Shown here piece by piece: positions 30,302-39,412 of a stretch of 64,000 nt of DNA. The notes under the pieces were generated by a model. That model was given only the letters and a program-made list of their open reading frames with translations, did no database searches and had not been told where the DNA came from. The stretch comes from Clostridia bacterium (GTDB lineage: Bacteria; Bacillota; Clostridia; UMGS1883; UMGS1540). Numbering within the stretch: position 1 is the stretch's first letter; each line of letters begins with the position of its first letter. The stretch spans positions 32,001 through 96,000 of the forward strand of contig JAZSIR010000016.1 of assembly GCA_045533905.1 (NCBI GenBank), in the 5' to 3' direction. The position numbers and the translations under genes are program-made.

Positions 30302-31420
30302 ATGCACGCTTTAGGCATTGTGGCCGAATACAATCCGTTTCATACGGGGCATGCATATCATATAGAAAAAGCAAAACAAGAGACCGCGGCAGAGGGCGTT
30401 GTTGCCGTTATGAGCGGGAACTTTGTGCAGCGGGGAGAGCCTGCGATCCTGGATAAATGGACGCGGGCTTTTCGTGCTATTTCCGGTGGCGTGGATCTGG
30501 TGCTGGAGTTGCCCACCGTTTACGCGCTTTCCTCCGCAGAGGGCTTTGCCCGCGGTGCGGTGGAGACGCTTCGCAGCACCGGCGTTGTGGATACACTTTC
30601 TTTCGGTAGCGAATGCGGCGATATAGCCCTTCTTAAAAGGGCAGCCAACATCTTAGAAGAGGAGCCGCCGCACTTTCGGGAGGTCCTTCAAAAAGAGCTT
30701 CGGGAGGGTAGGTCCTATGCCGCTGCCCGCATGGTGGCACTCGCCGCGATAGATGCAGAAGCCGCAAAACTTCTTTTAGAGCCGAATAACATTTTAGGCG
30801 TTCATTATTTGCGCTTTGCAAAGGATTTGGCGGTGCATACCGTAAAAAGGGAGGGGAGCGGATATCTTGCCGAGGAGATTGAAGAAGGTTTTCCTTCTGC
30901 GATGGCGCTTCGGCAAAAACTCCTTTCGGGAGAACCTGTGGATGTATACCTAAAAAAACCAATAGATAGAGAGGAACTCCATTCGCTCGAGGACTATGCC
31001 GATCTTATTTTATATGCCGTAAAGGCTACAAACTGGCAAGCCTTTGAAACGATTCCGGACGCGGTCAAAAAACGTATTGCCTCGGCAGATACATCGAGCC
31101 TTTCTGCACTTTTAGAAAGCGCAAAAACGCGGCATATACCGATGGCAACCCTAAAACGTGCTCTTTTGCAGATTCTCCTTCAAAACACGCGCACAGCCGA
31201 AGAAAAGCCGCAGTACATCCGCGTACTAGGCTTTACTGACCGCGGACAGGAAATTTTGAAAGAAATGAAGAAGACGGCGAGCCTTCCGATTATCACAAGA
31301 CCTGCCGCGTTTTCAGAGCCTTCACCAATTTGGGAACTCGAAAACCGCGCAACCGATATATATTTTTTAGGAGCGCGTCGCGTGGGCGAAAACATCCGCC
31401 GCGCACCTGTAAAGGCCTAG
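30302..31420 (+). CDS. tmcAL: tRNA(Met) cytidine acetate ligase (YlbM family nucleotidyltransferase)
   Basis: GIVAEYNPFHTGH, MSGNFVQRGEP, PNNILG, YIRVLGF. Confidence 0.88.
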   Translation: MHALGIVAEYNPFHTGHAYHIEKAKQETAAEGVVAVMSGNFVQRGEPAILDKWTRAFRAISGGVDLVLELPTVYALSSAEGFARGAVETLRSTGVVDTLSFGSECGDIALLKRAANILEEEPPHFREVLQKELREGRSYAAARMVALAAIDAEAAKLLLEPNNILGVHYLRFAKDLAVHTVKREGSGYLAEEIEEGFPSAMALRQKLLSGEPVDVYLKKPIDREELHSLEDYADLILYAVKATNWQAFETIPDAVKKRIASADTSSLSALLESAKTRHIPMATLKRALLQILLQNTRTAEEKPQYIRVLGFTDRGQEILKEMKKTASLPIITRPAAFSEPSPIWELENRATDIYFLGARRVGENIRRAPVKA

Positions 31421-31430
31421 AAAAAAATAA

Positions 31431-31459
31431 TTGCAATTTATGCAAAAATATGCTATACT
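31431..31459 (+). promoter_or_regulatory. Sigma-A promoter of metY
   Basis: TTGCAA-17 bp-TATACT with extended -10 TG. Confidence 0.7.
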
Positions 31460-31496
31460 GTAAAAGAATTTTACCTTATACTGTGGAGGGATAAAC

Positions 31497-32759
31497 ATGA
31501 AAGATGAAACAAAATGCCTGCATGCAGGGTACACCCCGAAAAACGCGGAACCGCGTGTGGTACCGATTGTGCAGAGCACAACATATGTATATGATTCTAC
31601 CGCGGACGTGGCGGCTGTATTTGATGACCCGACAAAGTCCCTCATCTATTCCCGCTTTGCAAACCCCACCGTTATGGCAGTAGAAGAAAAAATTGCGGCG
31701 CTGGAGGGCGGCGTAGGTGCAATGTGCACCTCGTCCGGTCAGGCGGCCACACTTCTTTCTATCCTCAATATTTGTCAGGCAGGCGATAGCTTTATAAGCC
31801 TTTCTGAGGTGTACGGCGGCACAGTAAACCTCTTTGCCGTAACACTCAAGAAACTCGGCATTGAGTGCATTTTTGTGGATAAGAACGCTACCGACGAAGA
31901 ACTCGAGAACGCTTTTAAAGAAAATACGAAGGCCGTTTTCGGCGAAACGATTGCAAACCCCGCACTTTCTGTTTTGGATATCGAGCGCTTTGCAAAGTTT
32001 GCCCATGCACACGGCGTGCCGCTGATTGTCGACAACACCTTCGCAACGCCGGTTCTTTGTAAACCGATCGATTTCGGCGCGGATATCGTTATTCATTCCA
32101 CTTCTAAATATATGGACGGCCACGCCGTGCAGGTAGGCGGTGTTATTGTCGATAGCGGCCGCTTTGACTGGACGAACGGCAAGTTCCCCGAACTTGTAGA
32201 GCCGGACGAATCGTACCACGGTTTATCGTACACCAAGACATACGGCAAAATGGCCTATATCTTAAAGGCCCGTATGCAGCTGATGCGCGACTTTGGTGTA
32301 TATCCGGCTGCACATTCTGCATTTCTTTTAAATCTCGGCCTTGAAACGCTCGCTGTTCGTATGCAGCGCTACTGCGAAAATGCGAAGGTTGTAGCAGGAT
32401 ATCTCGCAAAATCGGATAAAATTGAAAGTATTACATATCCCGGACTTCCCGGTGATGCAAGCTACGCTCTTTCCGAGAAATACTTAAAAGGTGCAAGCGG
32501 CGTTATTTCGTTTGTGATCCGTGGCGGCAAGGAAGCGGCTATGCGCTTTATGGATTCTCTGGAGCTTGCTTCGAATGAAGTGCACGTTGCAGATATCCGC
32601 ACATGCGTTCTGCATCCCGCAAGTGAAACACACCGTCAGCTTACAGACGAACAGCTCGTAGCCGCAGGTATTCAGCCCGGTATGGTGCGCTTCTCTGTAG
32701 GGCTTGAGAATGTAGAAGACATCTTAAAAGACATCGAAAAGGCGCTTGCCGCCGTTTGA
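31497..32759 (+). CDS. metY: O-acetylhomoserine aminocarboxypropyltransferase (sulfhydrylase)
   Basis: YSRFANPT, SSGQAA, DNTFATP, PLP lysine in HSTSKY, LHPASETHRQL. Confidence 0.9.
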   Translation: MKDETKCLHAGYTPKNAEPRVVPIVQSTTYVYDSTADVAAVFDDPTKSLIYSRFANPTVMAVEEKIAALEGGVGAMCTSSGQAATLLSILNICQAGDSFISLSEVYGGTVNLFAVTLKKLGIECIFVDKNATDEELENAFKENTKAVFGETIANPALSVLDIERFAKFAHAHGVPLIVDNTFATPVLCKPIDFGADIVIHSTSKYMDGHAVQVGGVIVDSGRFDWTNGKFPELVEPDESYHGLSYTKTYGKMAYILKARMQLMRDFGVYPAAHSAFLLNLGLETLAVRMQRYCENAKVVAGYLAKSDKIESITYPGLPGDASYALSEKYLKGASGVISFVIRGGKEAAMRFMDSLELASNEVHVADIRTCVLHPASETHRQLTDEQLVAAGIQPGMVRFSVGLENVEDILKDIEKALAAV

Positions 32760-32854
32760 CGAGACGACAAAAAGGAGCCGCACTATACTGGTGCTGCCCC
32801 TTTTTGTGGGTATAGACTTCTTTACACTTTATAAAAAAGAAAAAGAGGAAACGT

Positions 32855-34027
32855 ATGAAGAAAACAGTGGCCGGCATATTGCTCTTTTGCCTTATGGTGA
32901 TGGCAATGCCGGTAGGAAGCGCCAGTGTTACGATGTACGCGGCCGACGGGCGCACAACCCTTGTGCCGGAGAAAGACGTGGAAGCGTACACAAAAGTAGG
33001 CTGGTACAGAACATATGAAGAAACTGTCACCACGGTGTATGCAATGGATGGCCGCACACTTGTCATTCCCAAGGCGTATTTCGGGGACTATCTGAACGTC
33101 GGCTGGTATGCCACACGGGAGGAAACGGTGGCAACCGTGTATGCTATGGACGGTCGTACCCTCGAGGTGCCGCGCGCACATCTGGAGGAATATCTGCGCG
33201 TGGGCTGGTATGCCACACGCGAGGAAACGGTTGCAACCGTGTACGCGATGGATGGCCGAAGTCTCGAGATCCCAAGGGATTTCCTTGCGGACTATCTGAA
33301 GGTGGGCTGGTATGCCACGGAAGCGGAAACGAGGCAGAATGTGTATGCGCCCGATGGGCGGGTGCTGCGCATATTAAAGCCGGAGCTTTCGGCATATCTT
33401 GCCGTTGGCTGGAGCGCGATACCGTTTTCTTCACCGCGCGTAGCCCTCACATTTGATGACGGGCCGCATGGTACACACACAGATGCTGTTTTGAACACAC
33501 TCGCAAAATACGGCGTAAAAGCCACGTTCTTCATGCTCGGTACACAGGTGGATAAGTATCCGGCCGTGGCCGCGCGTGTGGCGGAAGCGGGCCATGAAAT
33601 CGGAAGCCACACCTATATCCATCCGAACCTTTCCAAAAGCAGCGCATCGCGCATCCAGAGTGAGGTTTCCAAAACGAGGAATTCTATTCTGCGCGCCACC
33701 GGAAAGGAGCCCTCGCTCCTTCGCCCGCCGTACGGAAATCATACGGCCACAGTGCGCCGCCTTGCAGGTGTACCGACGGTTTTATGGAATGTAGATACAG
33801 AGGACTGGAGGGGAAAAAGCGCCGACGCGATTGCACAGCACATTTTGTCGCACGCGTGGGACGGCGCGGTAATCCTTATGCACGATATCTACGAAAATAC
33901 CGCAGAGGCGATTGAAAAAGCCGTGCCAGCACTTCTTGCGCGCGGTGTGCGCCTTGTAACGGTGAGCGAGCTTGCCGCCGCAAAGGGGCAGACGCTTTCC
34001 GCGGGAACGGCTTATTATGGGTTTTAG
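32855..34027 (+). CDS. Secreted CE4 polysaccharide deacetylase with five N-terminal 34-aa repeats
   Basis: Signal peptide, repeats, then intact NodB motifs TFDDGP, HTYIH, RPPYG, DTEDW, LMHD. Confidence 0.9.
   Translation: MKKTVAGILLFCLMVMAMPVGSASVTMYAADGRTTLVPEKDVEAYTKVGWYRTYEETVTTVYAMDGRTLVIPKAYFGDYLNVGWYATREETVATVYAMDGRTLEVPRAHLEEYLRVGWYATREETVATVYAMDGRSLEIPRDFLADYLKVGWYATEAETRQNVYAPDGRVLRILKPELSAYLAVGWSAIPFSSPRVALTFDDGPHGTHTDAVLNTLAKYGVKATFFMLGTQVDKYPAVAARVAEAGHEIGSHTYIHPNLSKSSASRIQSEVSKTRNSILRATGKEPSLLRPPYGNHTATVRRLAGVPTVLWNVDTEDWRGKSADAIAQHILSHAWDGAVILMHDIYENTAEAIEKAVPALLARGVRLVTVSELAAAKGQTLSAGTAYYGF
32927..33412 (+). repeat. Intragenic tandem repeat, five units with 102-bp period
   Basis: YAxDGR at residues 28, 62, 96, 130, 164, each followed by Y..VGW; DNA repeat GGCTGGTATGCCAC is visible in units 2-4. 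Confidence 0.92.
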
Positions 34028-34042
34028 AAAGGAAATCTTGGT

Positions 34043-36394
34043 ATGACACTCAGAGAACTTACAATCGGACAGCGTGCCACCATTACCGAGGTAGGTGGGG
34101 AAGGAAACCTTCGACGCCACTTCCTAAATATGGGAGTCATTCCGGGTGCGGAAGTGCGGGTGCAGAAGTATGCCCCGATGGGTGACCCGATCGAACTGGA
34201 AATTCACGGGTACACGCTCACGCTTCGTCTTGCGGATGCCGAAAAAATCCGTGTCCGCATTGAAACGGAGGCGATTACGCGCGCAGAGACCAAACCGTGC
34301 GAAAGGCGTGCGGCACATCCCGGCCTTGGTGAAAGCGGAAAGTACCATGTAAAAACGGACGGGGACCCGCTTCCGAAAGGTAAAACAATCACTTTTGCGC
34401 TGGCAGGAAACCAGAACTCCGGCAAAACCACACTTTTTAATCAGCTGACGGGTGCAAACCAGCACGTCGGTAATTTTCCGGGCATTACAGTGGACAGAAA
34501 AACGGGAAACATCCGAGGCCAAAACGGGGCAGAGGTTACGGATCTTCCCGGTATCTATTCGCTGTCTCCCTTCAGCCGCGAAGAAATTGTTTCCCGTGAA
34601 TTTATTTTGAAGGAAAAGCCGGAAGGCATTATCAATATTGTCGATGCTACGAACATCGAACGAAATCTCTACCTCACGATGCAGCTTATGGAACTCGATG
34701 TGCCGATGGTGCTCGCACTCAATATGATGGATGAGGTGCGTGGGAACGGCGGCACCATCCACATTAATGAAATGGAAGAAATCCTCGGCATACCGGTTGT
34801 TCCGATTTCTGCCGCGAAAAACGAAGGCGTTGAGGAGCTTATAAAGCATGCGATGCACGTGGCACGGTACAGGGAAAAACCTGGCCGGAATGACTTTTGT
34901 GATAAGGATAAAAACGGCGGCGCCGTGCACAGATGCCTCCACGGCATTATGCATCTTATAGAGGACCATGCGAAAGAAGCCGACATTCCGCTTCGCTTTG
35001 CCGCGGCCAAGCTTGTGGAAGGGGATAGCCTTGTAATGGAGGCGCTCGCCCTTTCCGGAAATGAAAAAGAAATGATAGAGCATATTATCACACAGATGGA
35101 AGAGGAACGCGGACTCGACCGCGCCGCCGCCATTGCCGATATGCGCTTTTCGTTCATACATAAGCTTTGCGAAAAAACAGTTTCGCGTCCTCACGAAAGT
35201 CGCGAGCATGTGCGAAGTCAGAAAGTTGATAAAATTCTCACGGGGAAATATACGGCCATTCCGTCATTCATCCTCATTATGGCGGCGATCTTCTGGCTGA
35301 CCTTCAGCGTTATCGGCGCCTATTTGCAGGGCCTTCTGGAAGGTGGCATCGAAGCGCTCGGCAGTGTCCTTGACTTATGGCTTACAAAAGCGGACGTCAA
35401 CCCCGCACTCCATTCTTTGGTCATTGACGGCATATTCAGCGGTGTGGGAAGCGTTTTAAGCTTCATTCCCGTCATCATTGTCCTTTTCTTCTTCTTATCC
35501 ATTTTGGAGGATAGCGGCTATATGGCACGTATTGCCTTTGTGATGGATAAGCTGCTGCGGAAAATCGGGCTCTCCGGCAGAAGCATCGTGCCGATGCTTA
35601 TCGGCTTCGGGTGCACCGTGCCGGGCGTTATGGCCAGCCGCACGCTTCCTTCGGCGCGTGACAGAAAGCTTACGATTATTCTGACGCCTTTTATGAGCTG
35701 CACGGCAAAGCTTCCGATTTACGGCTTCTTTGCAAATGCATTCTTCCCACAGTACGCCGGGCTTATTATGATAAGCCTGTATCTTCTCGGTATTCTGGTC
35801 GGCATTCTGACGGCATACATATCCAAAGGCACCGCGTTTCGCGGTGAGGCCGTTCCGTTTGTAATGGAGCTTCCAAATTACCGTTTGCCTGCCGTAAGGA
35901 ACGTCATTCAGCTTTTGTGGGATAAAGCGAAGGACTTTCTCCAGAGAGCCTTCACCGTCATTTTCGTCGCTTCTATGGCCGTGTGGTTTTTGCAGAGCTT
36001 CGATTTTGGCTTAAATCTTGCCCAAAGTGCGGAAGAAAGTATTCTGGCGCGTATTTCCGGCGTGGTAGCGCCTGTTTTTGCGCCCTTGGGGTTTGGTGAT
36101 TGGCGCCTTGTAACGGCGCTTGTAGCAGGTTTTATGGCAAAGGAAAGCGTAGTTTCCACTTTATCCGTTCTTTTGGGTGACGGGGCAGGCATCCTTTCGC
36201 TTCTGACGCCGATGGCGGCGGCCGCATTTTTGGTATTCTGTCTTTTGTACACACCGTGCGTAGCGGCAGTTGCGGCTATTCGCCGCGAGCTTGGCGGCAG
36301 ATGGGCCGCGGGCATTGTACTCGGCCAATGCATTGTGGCGTGGCTGTGTGCACTCCTTGTGCGCGGCGCCTGGATTTTGATTTCTATTCTTTAA
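34043..36394 (+). CDS. feoB: Ferrous iron transporter, FeoA-FeoB fusion
   Basis: N-terminal FeoA (APMGDPIE..LTLR), GTPase GNQNSGKT / DLPG / NMMD, membrane gate domains (GFGC, PFMSC, LYTPC). Confidence 0.95.
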   Translation: MTLRELTIGQRATITEVGGEGNLRRHFLNMGVIPGAEVRVQKYAPMGDPIELEIHGYTLTLRLADAEKIRVRIETEAITRAETKPCERRAAHPGLGESGKYHVKTDGDPLPKGKTITFALAGNQNSGKTTLFNQLTGANQHVGNFPGITVDRKTGNIRGQNGAEVTDLPGIYSLSPFSREEIVSREFILKEKPEGIINIVDATNIERNLYLTMQLMELDVPMVLALNMMDEVRGNGGTIHINEMEEILGIPVVPISAAKNEGVEELIKHAMHVARYREKPGRNDFCDKDKNGGAVHRCLHGIMHLIEDHAKEADIPLRFAAAKLVEGDSLVMEALALSGNEKEMIEHIITQMEEERGLDRAAAIADMRFSFIHKLCEKTVSRPHESREHVRSQKVDKILTGKYTAIPSFILIMAAIFWLTFSVIGAYLQGLLEGGIEALGSVLDLWLTKADVNPALHSLVIDGIFSGVGSVLSFIPVIIVLFFFLSILEDSGYMARIAFVMDKLLRKIGLSGRSIVPMLIGFGCTVPGVMASRTLPSARDRKLTIILTPFMSCTAKLPIYGFFANAFFPQYAGLIMISLYLLGILVGILTAYISKGTAFRGEAVPFVMELPNYRLPAVRNVIQLLWDKAKDFLQRAFTVIFVASMAVWFLQSFDFGLNLAQSAEESILARISGVVAPVFAPLGFGDWRLVTALVAGFMAKESVVSTLSVLLGDGAGILSLLTPMAAAAFLVFCLLYTPCVAAVAAIRRELGGRWAAGIVLGQCIVAWLCALLVRGAWILISIL

Positions 36395-36396
36395 TA

Positions 36397-36426
36397 TAAA
36401 AAGCAGTTCCTATGGACTGCTTTTTT
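36397..36426 (+). terminator. Intrinsic terminator after feoB
   Basis: AAAAAGCAGTTCC-TAT-GGACTGCTTTTTT. Confidence 0.75.
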
Positions 36427-36454
36427 GTTTTGACGGAAAATGTCGAACAAAAGA

Positions 36455-36480
36455 ACATTTCCGGAAGGTCGGCATATAGT
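36455..36480 (+). promoter_or_regulatory. Candidate sigma-K/sigma-E promoter
   Basis: AC-16 bp-CATATAGT fits the AC-N16/17-CATAnnnT mother-cell consensus. Confidence 0.5.
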
Positions 36481-36527
36481 GTACTGAGGCGGTTTTTTAT
36501 TTTTACGCCTCAGATAGGAGAGGAGCA

Positions 36528-36749
36528 ATGCTTTTACAAGTTGCGTCGATGACAGATGCCGTGCGAATGAAAAAGAAGCTCCGCCAAATGGGGATGCCGT
36601 CTGAAGTGGTACAGACGCCACCCCGCGCCCGCCGCGGCGGATGCGGCTATTCCGTAAGAATCCAGGAAAAGGCACTTCAGCCGGCGGAGACGGCAGCAAG
36701 GGAGATCGGGGTGCGAATTCTCGGCGTATTGAAGGGTGAGCCCTTATGA
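36528..36749 (+). CDS. Small DUF3343-like putative S/Se carrier protein
   Basis: 73 aa, S.T.A.R.KK.L...TP.....GCGYSV pattern; ATGA overlap with the desulfurase gene. Confidence 0.7.
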   Translation: MLLQVASMTDAVRMKKKLRQMGMPSEVVQTPPRARRGGCGYSVRIQEKALQPAETAAREIGVRILGVLKGEPL

Positions 36750-37885
36750 TTTACCTCGATAACGGCGCCACCTCTTTTCCAAAGCCCCGAAGCGTACACG
36801 CCGAAATGGCTGGGTGTATGGAAAATTACGCGGCGAATGCAGGGCGCGGTGCACATAAAATGAGCGTGCAGGCCGCCGAGAAAATATGGGAAACGCGTGT
36901 GCTTTTAGCAAAGCTTTTCCATATCCCTTCGCCCGAGAGAATCGTTTTTACCCAAAACTGCACAGATAGCATAAATATTGCCCTTGGCGGCATACCGGAA
37001 AGCGGCGATGACCTTATTATTTCCGATATGGAGCATAACAGCGTATACCGGCCGAGCCTTGCGCTTTCGAAAGAAGGTGTGCGCACGCTCTTTGCCCGCG
37101 CCGGGGAGGATGGCACGGTAAGTCCCGAGGCTGTCCTTCGTGAAATCACGCCGCGCACGCGGATGATTTGCCTGCAGCACGCTTCCAATGTGGGTGGTGG
37201 TATCAATCCCATCCGGGAGATTGGCCGCCTCGCGCGGGAGCGCGGGATTCTCTTTATGGTTGACGCCGCGCAGACAGCAGGGTGCACTTCTATTGATGTT
37301 GAGCGCGACAGTATCGACATTCTCGCATTTCCCGGGCATAAAGGACTTTTGGGACCGCAGGGCGTGGGCGGTCTCTATATCCGCGAGGGCATTGCTATCC
37401 GCCCTATGCGTGCGGGCGGAACGGGAAGCCTTTCGGAAAGTGCAGAAATGCCGCCGTTTCTGCCGGATAGGTTGGAGGCAGGGACGGTGAATTTGCCGGG
37501 GATTGCAGGCCTTTCGGGCGGCGTGCGCTTCGTACTTTCGAAGGGTGTCGACAGAATAGAGAAATACGAAAGAAGGCTTTGTGAAAATTTTATCCGTGCG
37601 GTAGAGACAATTCCCGGAGTCCGCGTTCTCGGACCGGAGGAGCACGCCCGTCGCGTGGGCGTAGTGTCTCTCGCATTGGAAGAACGCGATGTGGGCGAAA
37701 TTGCCGCAGTATTAGATGAAAAATACGGTATTGCCACGCGGGCGGGGCTCCATTGTGCGCCGCTTGCGGCCGCGCGTTTCGGCATTTTGGATAAAGGAAG
37801 TATCCGTTTTTCCCCCGGCGTTTTTACAACGCCACGGGAAATGACATATGCGGCACGGGCGATGCGCGAAATTCTTTCCCGATAG
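36746..37885 (+). CDS. Class V PLP enzyme, cysteine desulfurase family
   Basis: IYLDNGATSFPKP, EHNS, DAAQTAG, PGHKGL, catalytic RAGLHCAP. Confidence 0.9.
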   Translation: MIYLDNGATSFPKPRSVHAEMAGCMENYAANAGRGAHKMSVQAAEKIWETRVLLAKLFHIPSPERIVFTQNCTDSINIALGGIPESGDDLIISDMEHNSVYRPSLALSKEGVRTLFARAGEDGTVSPEAVLREITPRTRMICLQHASNVGGGINPIREIGRLARERGILFMVDAAQTAGCTSIDVERDSIDILAFPGHKGLLGPQGVGGLYIREGIAIRPMRAGGTGSLSESAEMPPFLPDRLEAGTVNLPGIAGLSGGVRFVLSKGVDRIEKYERRLCENFIRAVETIPGVRVLGPEEHARRVGVVSLALEERDVGEIAAVLDEKYGIATRAGLHCAPLAAARFGILDKGSIRFSPGVFTTPREMTYAARAMREILSR

Positions 37886-37952
37886 CATAAAACAGAAAAA
37901 GTGCACATAGGCTATAAAAAGCGTATGTGCACTTTTACATTTGGGAGGGACT

Positions 37953-38195
37953 ATGCGAATTTATGATTTTCGCCAGAAAGAAGTAATTAACCTTGTGGAC
38001 GGCGCAAGGCTCGGATATGTGTTTGATGCGGAAATTGACCCGGAAAGCGGCAGGATTGAAGCGCTGATTATACCGGGGCAGAGTAAGGTGCTTGGCATTT
38101 TCGGAAAAGAAAATGAATTTGTTATCCCTTGGGGAAGCATCCGGAGAATCGGGGATGATATCGTGCTTATCGAGATGGGAAAAGTCTCCTCTTAG
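37953..38195 (+). CDS. YlmC/YmxH-family sporulation protein (PRC barrel)
   Basis: KEVINLVDGARLG...IPWGSIRRIGDDIVLI; GGAGG RBS. Confidence 0.9.
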   Translation: MRIYDFRQKEVINLVDGARLGYVFDAEIDPESGRIEALIIPGQSKVLGIFGKENEFVIPWGSIRRIGDDIVLIEMGKVSS

Positions 38196-38764
38196 CGATA
38201 GGCGTCACACCACGCGCGATATTCCTGCGGTGTCATCAGCGCATTCACAGCCGCGAGCAGTGCTTTTTGCGAAAGCTGCGGCGGCAGGTGCAGAAAAGCG
38301 GCAAGTGCGGCCCGCTTTTCACGGCTGCCGGCGGTGCCTAAAAGGCCGTCTTCATAAAAATGCAGATGCGTGATTTTCTCCGTCACTTCTTCTTTGGGTG
38401 TGGAAACCGCCAAAAGCAAGGAAAGAAGCGTGTCGCAGGGAACGCCCTCTACACCGAGCGTGCCTTCAGCCGAGGCGCGCGTTTTTCTTTTTTCCTTTCC
38501 CGGAAGCGCGGGGATATACGCGTCAAGCACCCGTCCTTCGGTGATATGCTCGTGCAAAAACGACCGTATCTTAAAGCCGGCGCTGTCCGAATCCATCAGA
38601 ATAATAATGCCGTTTTTTTTGGCAAGCGCCTGTATATACGAAAGGCGCTCGGTATCCGTAAAAACGGAGAATCCGAATGTGGGCACTATGAGTGCATCGA
38701 CGATGGAATTGAGATGCATTTTATCATATGTACCTTCTACTATGATGGCTTCCTGTATCTGCAT
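38192..38764 (-). CDS. rnmV: Ribonuclease M5-like Toprim / DUF4093 protein
   Basis: IIVEGTYD, DSDSAGFKIR, LGVEG, small C-terminal domain; stop overlaps the convergent ylmC stop. Confidence 0.75.
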   Translation of the reverse strand: MQIQEAIIVEGTYDKMHLNSIVDALIVPTFGFSVFTDTERLSYIQALAKKNGIIILMDSDSAGFKIRSFLHEHITEGRVLDAYIPALPGKEKRKTRASAEGTLGVEGVPCDTLLSLLLAVSTPKEEVTEKITHLHFYEDGLLGTAGSREKRAALAAFLHLPPQLSQKALLAAVNALMTPQEYRAWCDAYR

Positions 38765-38768
38765 ATGG

Positions 38769-39407
38769 TTACACCGATGTCGGGAGCGCGGTTATATACT
38801 CTCCCAGAAAGTCATTTTTGCCGTAGAAAAGGACTTCAAACTCACCGTTTTCTTTGTAAATAACCTTGGAAGCTGCTGCATTGCCGGCGTAGGGTAAATC
38901 CTTTGCCGCCGAAATCGGAAGGCCCAGCCAGGCTGTTTGCAGAAGGCGAAGAGGGGTGGCGTGTGTGGAAACCAGAACCGTTTCACCACGGTGCCTTGCG
39001 GCAATTTCTTGTGTTGCCGTGAGCACGCGTTCGAGAAGTTCCGCCGTGCTTTCTCCGCCCTCGGGATGCGCAAGACCAATATCTCGGAGCCATAGCTTAA
39101 AATCGTCCCGGTCTGTAAGTTCGCTGTATTGCTTTCCTTGCCAGACACCGGCGTTGATTTCACGAAGGCGGGGGTCGGTAATCAGCGGAATTCCTTTCCG
39201 CACGGCCGTTATCTCCGCCGTATGAAAGGCACGCGAAAGGTCGCTCGTATAGGCGACGGTGATAGGAAAGGCATCCAGAAATGCCGCGAGCGCTTCTGCC
39301 TGGTTTTTTCCAAGCTCCGTAAGAGACGGGTTCAGATGGCCGGCAAAAATATTCAGAGGGTTTGTTTCACTTTGTCCGTGTCGTACAATAAGAAGTGTTG
39401 TATCCAT
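38769..39407 (-). CDS. Histidine phosphatase (phosphoglycerate mutase-like) family protein
   Basis: RHGQS, SDLSRA..TA, LREI..G.W.G, PEGGES, STH. Confidence 0.9.
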   Translation of the reverse strand: MDTTLLIVRHGQSETNPLNIFAGHLNPSLTELGKNQAEALAAFLDAFPITVAYTSDLSRAFHTAEITAVRKGIPLITDPRLREINAGVWQGKQYSELTDRDDFKLWLRDIGLAHPEGGESTAELLERVLTATQEIAARHRGETVLVSTHATPLRLLQTAWLGLPISAAKDLPYAGNAAASKVIYKENGEFEVLFYGKNDFLGEYITALPTSV

Positions 39408-39412
39408 TTTCT

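Noticed and set aside
32927-33412. Tandem DNA repeat considered as a CRISPR array or diversity-generating cassette
   Set aside because: Period is 102 bp in frame, differences are largely synonymous or conservative, there are no unique spacers, and no cas or reverse transcriptase gene is present.
34043-36394. FeoA-FeoB fusion as a novelty
   Set aside because: This fusion is common in Clostridia; no convincing Fur box seen either.
38192-38195. Convergent overlap of ylmC and rnmV stop codons as antisense regulation
   Set aside because: A 4-bp tail-to-tail overlap is common and gives no evidence of regulation.
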